64,000 nt of DNA. It comes from Camelus dromedarius. Taxonomy: Eukaryota. The stretch spans positions 91,204,001-91,268,000 of the forward strand of contig NC_087437.1 in NCBI RefSeq assembly GCF_036321535.1, read 5' to 3'. Positions 1-11,739 of this stretch are shown in pieces. Position numbers and translations under genes: made by a program. Each line of letters begins with the position of its first letter. Position 1 is the first letter of the stretch. A model generated the notes under the pieces. The model did not search any database and had not been told where the DNA came from. It was given only the letters and a program-made list of their open reading frames with translations.

Positions 1-117
1 GTTTTCTATATTAATTGTTCTATGTATATTCCTACTTCTTCTTGTATATGTTTTGCAAGCTTATATTTTGTTAGGAAATAACAAATTTCTAAAACTGGGC
101 TTTTGAATTTGTCACCT

Positions 118-695
118 GTAGTAGGCACCCTCTCAGAATAGCTCCTAATGATCCTACCTCCTGCTATTCATCTTTTTAAATATAATCACCTCCCCTTGAA
201 TGTTGGCAAGCCCTAATGCCTTCCTTCTACATGGTAGAATAAGACAAAAGTGATTGGATGTCATCACTTTGGACGTTAGATTATATAAAGACTGTGTCTT
301 CAGTCTTGTTCCTCATCTCTTTTTTTCTGGCTGTTCTTGCTTGCTCATTCTAATGAAGCAAGCTTCCATGTTGTGAGCTGCCCCAAGGAGAGTCCCATGT
401 GGTAAAAAGCTGAGTATGGCCACTGATTGACAGCCAGCAAGGAATTAAGGGCCTCATTCTAACCTGGGAGGGTCTGTATCCTAACAAGTGATTGAGCAGA
501 GAAGTAAGTTCAGTTGAACCTTCAGATAATTGCAGCCCTAGCTGAAGGCTTAACTGCAGCCTTGTGATAGACCCTAAGCCAGAGAACCCTGAGAGGTTAT
601 ACCTGGACTCCTGAGGCACTGAAAATGTGAGATAATAAATGTTGTTTTGAAGCACCAAGTTTTGGGTTAATTTGTTATACAAGAATAAATATCAC
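118..695 (+). mobile_element. MaLR solo LTR (MLT1F-like)
   Basis: Starts TGTAGTAGG..CCTAATGATCCTACCTCCTG; ends with MLT1 tail GTGAGATAATAAATGTTGTTTTTGAAGCACCAAGTTTTGGGTTAATTTGTTATAC. Confidence 0.8.
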
Positions 696-1368
696 CAGAG
701 AGTTGTATATAGCATTCTTCTGCTGTTTTAATCGCTACTGATTGCACGTTTTTATTCCCTCTCTAGTTATTAATGTGGATGCTCTTGTTTCTCTTCTTTT
801 CCCTTGAACAAGCTTCAAGGGGGTGTTCCTAGTCTTTACATTTTTCTTTCTTCTTTTTTTTTAATCACCTTCAAAGAACCAGATATCAGATTTATTAGTC
901 TTTATGTATATATATCACTTACTGATTTATTATATCTTATAAAAATGTAAGACATAGAACAAATTTCTATTTCTTTGAAATTTTAAGATTTACTTGTGAC
1001 AAAGTTCAGAGATTATTTTTGTATTTGTCCCGTGGATATAAATACAAAAGATATATCCTTTAAACTTTCAGGGAAAAGTTCTAAATATATCTAACTAAAC
1101 TGAAGTTCTTTAACTAAATTATCTATAACCTCACTATCTACTAAATATTTCTTATTTGTAAAGAGACAACTCCCTGCCATAATTTCATTCATACAGAATT
1201 CTCTTTGCATTTTTATTAAATGTATCTTTATGTAATTAGTTGCTGTTAAGTTTGATGCTGTTAGTATATTTACCTTTTATTACTACCTAATGTCATTCTT
1301 TGTCTTACTTGTAATGTTAATCATAAATTTCATCCTATCTAGTATATATTTTATCAGTATTTTACTTT

Positions 1369-1765
1369 TGTATTAGCTGGCTCAGGCTGCCATAATTAAA
1401 TACAATCAGCTGAGTGGCTTAAACAACAGAAATTTACGTCTTACAATTCTGGAGGCTGAGAAGTTTAAGATCAAGATGTTGGCAGATTTGGTTTTCGGTG
1501 AGAGCTTTCTCACTGACTTACAGTCTTTCTTGTGCTTCCAAGCAGAGAGGAAGAGATCTCTTTTTTTCTCTTCTTATAAAGCCACTAATCCCATCATGAA
1601 AACTCTACCTTTATCACCTAACCTAACTCATTATCTCTCCTAAAGGCCTTATCTCCAAATACCAGCACACTTGGCCTACAGGGTGGGAAGGGGGGTATTG
1701 GAAAGGGAAAGGTTAGGGCTGCAATATATGAATTTGGGGGGAATGCAAAGATTCAGTCCATAACA
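1369..1765 (-). mobile_element. MaLR solo LTR (MLT1A-like)
   Basis: TGTATTAG..GGCTGCCATAA..GGCTTAAACAACAGAAATTTA..TTCTGGAGGCTG..AAGATCAAGATGTTGGCAG..ATTCAGTCCATAACA. Confidence 0.85.
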
Positions 1766-1916
1766 ATTTGCAAGCTTTTTTTGAAATCACATGGTTTTAA
1801 ACAGACATCTAATAAGCAGCCTGAGTAAAGTTCTTAAATCAGTCTGTTCCTTTTTAAAATGTTTGTCCATTCATTCTTAAAAGAAAATATGATTTAATAG
1901 TCACATATTATATTTT

Positions 1917-2172
1917 TCAGAAAAGTTGATAAGATCTGTAATAAAAAGAGTATAACAACAACAGGGAAATGAAAAGGCAAGTGGCAATAATCTTGCACAA
2001 GCTGTTTAGTACCACGTGGTCAGAAAATACAACGGAATGAATCCTACTTTCTAGTTCTTTAAGTAATATTCTCTGCATCTGTTGACCCTTGGAGCAGAAA
2101 TATTTCCCCTGAGTATCCATACTTGGGAAAACTTTATAAAACTTTTCAAATTCTGCTTTGACATCATCTTTT
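1917..2172 (-). CDS. Candidate terminal coding exon of an unidentified gene (84 aa, hydrophobic C-terminal segment)
   Basis: Acceptor-like ttttcatAG at 2173-2174 lies ~12 nt after an in-frame stop, followed by the open frame KDDVKAEFEKFYKVFPSMDTQGKYFCSKGQQMQRILLKELESR...CKIIATCLFISLLLLYSFYYRSYQLF*. No homology recognised; could be chance. Confidence 0.25.
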
Positions 2173-2529
2173 CTATGAAAATTGTATTATAATTAATAAA
2201 AAATATTTCAGCTGTTTTTATTATTAATGCTAATTTTATTGCTGTAAAACTAAATGATATATTCCATTTTATTTCTGCTTTAAAAATCATGGAGCTGTCA
2301 TTATGATTTACTAAATTGTTAATATTTTCTCAAAAATATTTTATGCAAAGTTTTAAACTTAAAGATTCAGAATAATATAAGGAATCTAATATTGAATAAT
2401 TTATTAATAATTTCTATGTCTGCTTTATCTATTTATATCTAGATTTTAAAATATAAAATATATATATGTACAAAGACAAATACAATAGCAATCATATATA
2501 TATATAAGTACTGCTATTTGAAATTTATT

Positions 2530-3920
2530 TGAAAACAATTTGAAAAAATCTAAATACTTCACCATTAAGTATGCATCTATTTTTAAAATGTACATTATCC
2601 TCCATCACATTATCAAGTTTAAAACAACTTAATTACTTTTTAAAATTATTTAATATCCAGTTTATATTTAAGTGTCCCCAAATGTACCAGTGAGATACAA
2701 ATATCAATTATATACATGTGTTTTCAAACAGGTTCACTTATTACACCTGTTGGTATATTTTATTAACCTCATTTTTCTAAAAACTAACATTGAAGTAAAG
2801 AGACCCATCTGGTTTAACTGATTGAAAAGTGGCACATGTTGTCCATTTGTATGATTATTTTCTCACAATATTATTTAACATCTTTTTCCATTCCCTGTAT
2901 TTTCTGTAGACTGGAAGTCACATTGGTCTAATCTAAAAGACTGAATGGATACAGGGTAAATATTTCTGGTGAGAGGACTTCATAGATGATGATAGGCACT
3001 TTGTGTTGAATCATATCAGAGGAGAATTGATACCAGGTCATCTCATTTTTAGTAATGCTATTTTGAACACCACTTTTTAAAGGATATAACTGCCAGATCT
3101 CAAAAATATAAAAAAACACAATTCCCTTTAGATTAGCAAGTACTCTGGGACTTTGCAAACTGGCTGTGCCCAGATGACTTTTCACTGATGGCTTTATGGT
3201 CTTTTGACCATCTTTATGTGAATCAATTATTTCATCATGGGTTGAAAACTTGACTTTCTAGTTTACATTGTTTCCATATTTATTTGCCATTCCTTTGAAG
3301 TTCTGTTTGAACTACTGTTCTCCCTTTAAAAAGGCAAGGTAAATGTGTTTAATTACCAGTTTTTTAGAGGATGAAACTGGCATGGCCAGTTTTCCACCAT
3401 TGGTGGAAAAGACATTTAAAAATTTTTTGAGTGTCTTTATGAGAAAAATGATTACTATTCAAAAATACGAAATAATTAAAAGCTTAATAGATTCATTATA
3501 AACAACTTTGAAAGTAAGTAGTTATATAATATTCTCCACCATTGATATTAAATGAATTTTTTTGAATGTCATTATGATTTAAAGATGGTTATTTATTCAA
3601 TTTTTGATAGTAAACTATAGTCATTATATTTCCCTATGTTTAAATTATTCCAATTGTGGCATTGGAACACCTTCAAATTGGATTTTTTTACCCATTTTAC
3701 AAGCCCCTCCTCATAAGTCTTCATGTGCTACCTTACTTTTTGACATAAAAATTGTTCATGATTATTATATACTTTGTTCTCTCCAGACCCAGAGTCAATC
3801 ATTCTTTCCAAGGAGCCTTGGGTTCAGTTGTCATGTATATGTTATTTTGAAAACAAAAACTGGATACAAGTTGTGTTCATTACTGTTGAAGTGTCATTAC
3901 ACTTGGCCAAATCAATGAAT
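2530..3920 (-). mobile_element. Old L1 3' region (L1MC4/5-like), degraded
   Basis: Motif TCATTCTTTCCAAGGAGCCTTGGGTTC..GTGTTCATTACTGTTGAAGTGTCATT typical of antisense L1MC 3' ends. Confidence 0.6.
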
Positions 3921-4117
3921 GGTGCTAGAAAATACATTTTGTTTAAAATAATTTTGAGTTTATTTTTATATTGTCATTCAACAATAAAAAGTTGTTTTTC
4001 TAATATATTTGATTTTATATTTGATTATATTTTTAAATGTCAATTCCTAATAATGCCATATAGCTGCATTTATGTTTCATTATTTTCTATATATGAATAA
4101 ATACAATATTTGAATAA

Positions 4118-4169
4118 TATGATAAAATCACTGAGATCAGCTTATGATAAAATCACTGAGATCAGCTTA
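4118..4169. repeat. Perfect 25-bp tandem duplication
   Basis: TATGATAAAATCACTGAGATCAGCT x2. Confidence 0.95.
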
Positions 4170-4199
4170 AGATTTATTTATGTTTGTTTCTTAATATTA

Positions 4200-4391
4200 C
4201 CATGAGGAGGGGGAGGAAAATAGAGGGGTAGAAGCTAAAAGGACGGGGTTTTATTTTAAGGTGATAAAAATATTCAAAAATTGACTGTTGTGATGATTGC
4301 ACATATCTATGAATATAATAAAAATCATTGAATTTTACATTTTAAATGGGAAAATTGTCTGTAAATTATATCTTAATAATGCTGTTAAAAA
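4200..4391 (+). mobile_element. L1MB-like 3' terminus
   Basis: GGTGATAAAAATATTC..GATGATTGCACATATCTATGAATATAATAAAAATCATTGAATTTTACATTTTAAATGGG..AATTATATCTTAATAATGCTGTTAAAAA. Confidence 0.8.
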
Positions 4392-6085
4392 GTGTATCCT
4401 TTTATAAATGTTTATTTTAGATACTTTGTCCTTTTAAATTATGTTGTCACTTTATTATTGATTTGTGAGTATTCTTTATATACTCTAGATACAAGTTCTT
4501 TATTTGATATGCTATTTGCAAATGCTTCTCTCCCATTTTGCGCATTATATTTTCACTTTCTTGATGGTATCCTTGCTTTTTCAATATTGGTGAAATCCAA
4601 TTATGTTTTTCCTGTAGTCATTGTGCTTTGGGCTGTGGTATATAAAACAACATTCCCTAACCCAAGATCACAGAGATTTAATCCTACTTCTTTTCCTTGG
4701 AGTTTTATAGATTCACCTGATAACATTAGGATACACTTGGAATTAATTTTTGTATATGGTGTGAAGTGAGTGTCCAACTTTATTATTTCGCACATGTATA
4801 TCTGTACACCAGTTGTTGAAAAGACTGTTCTTTCTTACTGAATTGCCTTGCCTCCCTTGTCAAAAATCAATTGACAATTCATCTAAGGTAACTACTGAGC
4901 TCTCAGTTTCATCCCATTTATCAACATGTCTATCTTTAGGCTCCTTTTGTACTGTGTTGATCACAGCTTTGTAGTAAACTTTGAAATTCGGAATTGTGAA
5001 TCCTTTAACATTGTTCTTCATTATCTAGATTGTTTGTCTATTCTAGGTCCTTTACATCTCCATATGAATTTTAGAATTAGCTTATTATTTTCTGCAAAAA
5101 AAGAAAAAACAGCTGGGATTTTAAAAGGCATTATTTTGGCTCTATTGATCAATTTGGAACATATCTCTGTCTTAACAACATTAAGTCTTTTTATCCATGA
5201 ACATGTGATATCTTGCATTTACTTACATCATTTTTCATTTCTTTCAACAATAGTCTTTTCAGTTTTCCATGTATAAGTCCTGTACTTAATTGTTAAAAAT
5301 TTTTCTAAGTATTTAATTTTTGATAACTGTTTTAAATGGAATTGACTTCTCAAATCCTTCAGATTTTTCATTGTTTGGTGATAGGTTAACAATTTATTTT
5401 TTGAATATTAATCTTATATCATACAAATTTGACTTACTAGTTTAATAACTAGAATAGTTTTTAATTAATTTATTAAGATTTTCTATATAAAAGATTACGT
5501 TCTTTGTAAATTGAGATAGTTTTACTTTTATTCCAACCTGGATGCTTTTATTTGTTTTTCTTTCTTACCACAGTGGTTAGAACAGCAAGTACAAGTTTCA
5601 ATTGTTTAACCAAAGTTGTAAAAGCCACTTAGATTCTTCCCTGACCTTTGATGGAAAACACTCAGTCTTTCATCATTAAATATGATGATAGTTGTGTGGG
5701 AATTTTTTTACTGTACTTCATCAGGTTGAGGCAATCCCCTTCTATTCCTAGTTTGCTGAACATTTTCTATCATTGAAAGAGTTGGATTTTGTAAAAAGTG
5801 TTTTTGCATCTATGGAGAATATGTGTTTTTTGTCTTCACTATTTTAGTATTTTGTATTACACTAATTAATTTTTGGAGGTTAAACTAACCTTGCAATCAT
5901 GCAATTAATCCCATTGGTTATCATGTATAACCCTTTCTTTGTGTTGTTGGTTTTAGTTTGCTAGTATTTTCTTGATGATTTTTGCACCTATTTTATAACA
6001 GTTCTTGGTCTGTGATTTTCATGTTATGTGGTATCTTTGCCTGCTTTTGGTTTCAGGGTAATGTAACCAATTTTCATAGAATGAA
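4392..6085 (-). mobile_element. L1 ORF2 fragment (C-terminal half), degraded
   Basis: Minus ORFs carry L1 ORF2 motifs: ITCSWIKRLNVVK..KIPAVF..KLILKFIWRCKGPRI and KLDTHFTPYTKINSKCI. Confidence 0.9.
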
Positions 6086-6096
6086 TAGAGATTAAA

Positions 6097-6530
6097 TGTC
6101 AGCAGGATGGTGGGCTAGGAGGGCCCAGCACTCTCCTACCCCTCAAAAATGATAAAAACAAACAACTACAAATGGATGAAAATAGTCTGGGAAAGCCCAG
6201 GACTACAACAAAGTAGAAGCAGAAACCTTGTGAAGCTCAAGTCTGAGTATTTCTACACAGAAAAACATATGAAGCATTTTATCTACTGTCACCACATTCC
6301 CTGTCCAGAGCAACTCAGTGCCAAAAGGGATCCTCTCAGAGGAATTTCACCCCACAGGGAAAAGGAGAGCTGGCGAACCCCAGCAACACCTGTCAGTGCC
6401 ATGAATGTTGGCTGCCTTTACTACTGAGGATCATTTCAGACTTCACCAATGCTAAACCTGGCTGACAGAGCTGTCCAAAGCCTCTGCCACAGTGTCTCCT
6501 CCCTGGGGCTGGAGCTGTTGCTACGTTGAG
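6097..6530 (+). mobile_element. Old L1 5'UTR-like fragment
   Basis: GC-richer block starting CAGCAGGATGGTGGGCTAGGAGGGCCCAGCACTC, resembling L1M 5' ends (CAAGATGGCGG..TAGG motif). Confidence 0.55.
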
Positions 6531-6559
6531 ACTATTCTTTTCCTGTTTGTAACTAATTT

Positions 6560-8100
6560 CTACTTTTATAATTATTTCAATGCTTCTACTTTATTTTTAT
6601 CCTTTAATAACCCTTACTTTTAGACATTTATTTATCCATTCCTTTACTTGATATACTTAATTAGGCTGTGAATTTTTCACTAACATGAATTGAATTGTGT
6701 CAAGTATCTTCCCCTCCCTTTATTTTTAGACTTTAAAAATATTTTAAGGCATGTTTTTTATTTACATGATAAATTGGGTTTTGCTTTATTAAACAATCTG
6801 AAATATTTTTCCTTTAAATGATTTAAATCCATATTACTTTATGTTTAAAATGTTTCTTTCTTAGTATATATTCAATTTTCTTTAATGTTTAAAATTTCTT
6901 CTGTTTATTATGTTTTTAAACATATGTTTTGTTTTTATTTTTCTTTAGATATTTAGTGAGGTTTTGGTAAGAACTTTATATAGCAGAATGCCATTAGGCC
7001 CCCCTTTTTTCCTCTTATTTGGTTTGTAGTTATAAATAATAAATATCCCTTTACTTCCATCTTTGTGTGTATGTTAATCAGTACTTATTTGACTTTTCTC
7101 ATTTTCTCTCCTATTTTCTCCCCTGTTTTCTAAGTTCTGGTATTTCTATCTGAACAGAGTATTTACATGTTATTCTTTTATATTTTCTCCACCCTTGTTT
7201 CAGTCTCAGATGTTAATTAAATATAGAGTGATCACCAGGAATCTTTTGTCAAAATATTTTCATTAATCTCTGAGGTGTATAAAGCCATCCCCTGGCAGAC
7301 TGATCAAGAATGGTTCATAAATACAGTATTATCTGAGCGTTGGTGTATCAGATAATGGGTGTTTTCTTTAGCTCTCATAGTGGAAGGATAGGCAAGATGG
7401 ATGAAAATATCTTCAGTTCACCCTTTTTATCTTTGAATTTCTTGAAAATGTTGCTTCAAGATATTCTTGCTTTGTGTGGTGCTCTAGAAAATTATATCAC
7501 CGTTTTTCTGCTTTTATGTTGGTTGTTTTTCATAGAGGCCTGGACTTTTTTTTTCCTTTAAAGCATAAATATTTCATAGAATAGATTTCAAAATTGACTG
7601 TATGGGACATTTTCATTCCAGGTATCTGGGGTTGCCTTTTAAAAGGTAGTTCAGTTCTTTTATTTTCCTCTTTTTTTTTCCTGCAATTGTTGCTTTAAAT
7701 ATTAGGTCTTCTGTGTTTTATTTTCCTTTGTTGGTAACTCCAAACATTGATTTCTTTGGACCCACTTTTCCTGTCCTCTATCATTTCCAGATGTACAGTT
7801 TTGTTTCTTTAGGAAGTTTGGTTTAATTTTCTGGGCCTTTTTAATTTTTTAATTTATGTCTCTAAACTTTTAGTATCTATTCTCTCTTGGGTACCTTGTA
7901 ATTTATTCTTGTTTGTGAAATTATTTTACTTTTTCTATGCTGCATTCAGTTAACTCTTATTTCGTATCTTCATGTTGATTTTCCTTCTTTATACTGGGTT
8001 TTTGAATTCAGATTTGTGGTAGTGTTTCATATCTGACATGTGGGGAACTATATTAAACTTACATAGATATGTTTGTTAGTTTTATTCCTCTTCACACTGT
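6560..8100 (-). mobile_element. Highly degraded old L1 (ORF1/inter-ORF region)
   Basis: T-rich antisense L1 composition with ORF1-type phrases (TTGTGTGGTGCTCTAGAAAATT, TTTCTTTGGACCCACTTTTCCTGTCCTC). Confidence 0.45.
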
Positions 8101-9893
8101 TACTCAGGGAAAAGTGTTTTCGTCAATGTTTATTTTTTTTGCTTGAAGTAACTGCTTGTATGATTGTGTTGTAAAAATAATAAAAATTATTGATGATTAC
8201 TTTTTTGCTGTTTTTCCCTAGAGTAACAAAAGCAGCCAAATCTGTGAAAGATGAGGTAGATGGCTTACTAGATTTCTTAGATTTAAAACTCACCTAAAAG
8301 TGAAGTTAAGTTTTAAAAATAAGTTGTGCCCTTGATGCCTTCTTTTTTAAAGTTCAGAATGAACTATACTGTGTTTCTGTCTTTTTTCCCTTAAATCACC
8401 AAGCCTTCACTGGAAACCTGTCCTTAATGTTTTCCTTTAATCCAGAAACAGTTCCTTCCATGAGACTTGAACTTTTTGGTCATTTACACTTCCCAAGTCT
8501 CTTCCTTTCAACTCTGTTGTAGCTTGTGCTCTGACCCAGGAGGCCCTCGAACTATTCTTAGTATTTCTTCTCTCAAAATAGAATCCTCTCCATCTGGGAG
8601 TGACTTTAGTTGATGGTACTTATGTTCTTCAATATAACCACACTCTCCTTTCTTTGACACTATGCTTGCCTCTCTGCTTTGTTGTGAACCAAATTTGTTA
8701 GTCTTTGATTTTTTTTCCTAATGCATACATAAATTAAAGCTTATAGTTTTCATTGTCTGTTACTTATGTTGTAGGTTTCCTTTTTAGAATTATTCTAATT
8801 TGGAGAATATATGGAATGATTTGAATTTTAATAGCTACCTTTTCTTAACAGAAACCCCTTCATAGTAAAATATATTTAAATTTGGGAGGTCAAGGGGAAA
8901 ATTTTAGATCGATAAAGAGTTATAATCAATCAAGAAAGTAACAGTATAAAAGTCAAATTTTACATACCTACTAACTGCAATGCATAGAAGCAGCAAGAAT
9001 AATAATAATTAACAGACTTTGACAAATCTGAAAATTTTTTAAATGTCATCTTCTCATCATAGGTTAGTTTATGTAGATAAGATTAAGGAAGGATTTGGAG
9101 AAGCAAAACAGTAATGTTTGGAAATCTAGGGTTTCAATATATAATGAAAACACATCCATGATTTATCTCATATAAACTTTGTGACTTTGATATCTATTTT
9201 GTCTAATTATAATATCATTCCTTTCTCTTAAAATATATTTGTCTGGTATGCCTTTATTATCTTTTAATATCCCTTATTTTCAGGCTTTCTTTATCTTTTT
9301 CATCAGATTTTTTATCTTCATTGTTAGACAAATAGATTTATTTTTTCAACAAAATCTTAACCTCTACCTTTTAATTGAGGAATTTAAATTATTTTTGTTT
9401 GTTGCAATTGTGATGTATTTCGTGGAATTCTTTATTTTACACAATTATTTTTGTTTGCTGTCTTTGTTGTTTCTCTCTCCCCTTTTTAATTACACTTATC
9501 AAAGTTTCCTTTATCTCTTTCTTTTTCATTTAGTAATATGAGACATTATATAGATTCTATATTTTTCTGTTAGTTGTTACCAAAAAAAAAAAAAAAGTAA
9601 ATAAATAAACTGAAGGAGTTCTACCTTATTTGTTCACTTAATTTGTAATCATTTCCCAAGATGACTATAGTGATCCACTCCATTCTGCAGACTCTGTGGT
9701 TTTTTATTTCATTGAAATTCTAGTATTCTGCTAGTGAACTTACATTTTGGAGGTTTTTCCCTAGCATAGAGTTGTAGGTTCTCAGTTTGCATAAAATCTT
9801 CCAGAAATTATTTACTCTCTCGGAGTAATCATGAGACCCTTTTAGAATTTTCAATGCTGCTTTAATCGCATTTTTATACTTTATATTTCTCAT

Positions 9894-9948
9894 GAACTTT
9901 TAGTGTGAGTTGATGTGGAAACTTTTAGTGTGAGTTGATGTGAGTTGA
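9894..9948. repeat. Short (~25-bp) tandem duplication
   Basis: ACTTTT(T)AGTGTGAGTTGATGTG twice, plus a partial AGTTGA. Confidence 0.9.
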
Positions 9949-10993
9949 ATGCACAGTCTATCATAATAAACTGGAATGTTCTTTTTATTTCAAGATTTTT
10001 CTCAAATGTTACCTCTTTTGTTAACTTTCTACAGATCCGACCCAAAGTGTATACATTTTTGATATACAGTTTAACTTTGTATAGCTCTGTATTCATACTT
10101 GTATTATTCTATTTTATGATGTAATAATTGCATATATTCATGACTATTTCTCCTGCTTAGAAAACTGAGATAATGTCTTAATTACTTTTGGTCCTTATAA
10201 CACAGTGTGGTTTAAAAATGTAAGTTTAAATAATGTATGTTAATCTTATGTTTAATGCCCTGAATAACATATGACTCTATATAGAAAAATACTGGTAAAT
10301 ATTCACAGAACATGCAGCTTTTAATTCTGAAAGATTATATGAACATATTGGTAAATATAAAATAAATGCATTTAATTGGTATTTATCTACATCAAATTAA
10401 GTAATGTAAAATACCAGAAATCACTTGTCTCCGTTAGAGCTTTGCACTTACTCATTGTACAATAATCACTTAAACTCTCTGATACTTAATGTATCCATAA
10501 TCTGAGAATAACGTCTACCTTATTTCATGTATTGACATGCATTTACTCATCATTAGTAGAGTGGAAATTATGCTTGGTTATTTAACACTGACGAGATAAT
10601 GGAGCAAGACAGCATCACTACACTCAGGAGCAAAAATCTGTAAATCAAATGGCATAAAGCATGTGAAACCAAACAGTAAACTCGGACTAATATGCAAGTG
10701 TAGGGCATTATTATTTCATGCATACCTTTTCAAAAATAAGTTAAAATATAAAGACAAACTAAGTGATATCCTGCAAGCGTAGTCTGATAAAATCAGAGCG
10801 AATAGAGCCTAATACCAATAGACACCAATAGTATGTATTTGGTTATTTTTGTTGTTTAGGTGTAAAATTAAATTGGAATGAAGACAGTATCTTCTCATCA
10901 GAAAAGCACCAATGTACTGTAAATTAGATATAATTTGTCTTACAGTATTCAGACGTAAATGAAACACTTAAGGGAAAAAATGATTCCTTAGGA

Positions 10994-11739
10994 CAAGGGT
11001 TGGCAAACTAAGGCCTCTGGGAGAAATTTGTCCTGTTGCCTGTTTTTGTAGGGCCTGAGAGCTAACAAAGTTTTTTTTACGACTGTAAAAGTTTGAAAAA
11101 CAATACAAAGAAGAATACTCTTTCAGGACCCTTAAAAATTATATGAATTCAAGTTTCAGTGTTGTTATGAGCTGAATTGTGTGTGTCCCTGCAAATTTGT
11201 ACATTGGAGTTTTAACCCCCAGTATCTCAGAATTTGACTGTCTTTGGCTAGGGCCTTTAAAGAAGAAATTAGATTAAAATGAGGTGCTTAGGGTGGGCCC
11301 TAATCCAATCTGGCTAGAGTTCTTAAAAGAAGAGAAAATACAGACACAAAAAAAGACACCAAGGATGTGGCACACCGAGGAAAGACTGTACAAGGGTGCA
11401 GGGCTAAGGCAGTTGTCTGCAAGCCAGGGAGGGAGACAGAGCAAATCAAACTGCCAACACCTTGATTTTGGACTTGCAGACTTCACAACTGTGAGAAAAT
11501 AAATTTCTGGTGTTTAAGCCACCCAGTATGTGGTGTTTTATTATGGCAGCCCTAGCAAACCCATACAAGTGTCCAGAAATAAAACAAAATAAACAGCCAT
11601 GCTCATTTGTTTATGTTTCGTCTCTGTGGCAGCTTTCACACTCCAAAGGCAGAGTTGTTGTTGTGACAGAAATGATTTGGCCTGCAAGCCTAAAATATTC
11701 ACTATCTGGACTTTTGCAGAAAATGTTTGCCAATTCATG
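10994..11739 (+). mobile_element. hAT-Charlie MITE (MER58B-like) interrupted by an MLT1 LTR
   Basis: TIRs CAAGGGTTGGCAAAC / GTTTGCCAATTCATG; internal ACAGCCATGCTCATTTGTTTATG..GGCCTGCAAGCCTAAAATATTCACTATCTGG. Confidence 0.85.
11163..11567 (+). mobile_element. MaLR solo LTR (MLT1B-like) with 5-bp TSD
   Basis: TGTTATGAGCTGAATTGTG...GCCCTAGCAAACCCATACA, flanked by AGTGT at 11158-11162 and 11568-11572. Confidence 0.92.

Noticed and set aside
350..682. 110-aa ORF and similar ORFs within LTR, L1 and L2 sequence across the window
   Set aside because: They lie inside recognised repeats and are chance frames or decayed L1 ORF2
2052..2171. Gapless spacing similarity (V, F, F, D, F, G, L) of the candidate exon to the albumin C-terminal helices
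   Set aside because: Only about 7 of 40 identities, the diagnostic cysteines are absent and the exon structure differs; likely chance
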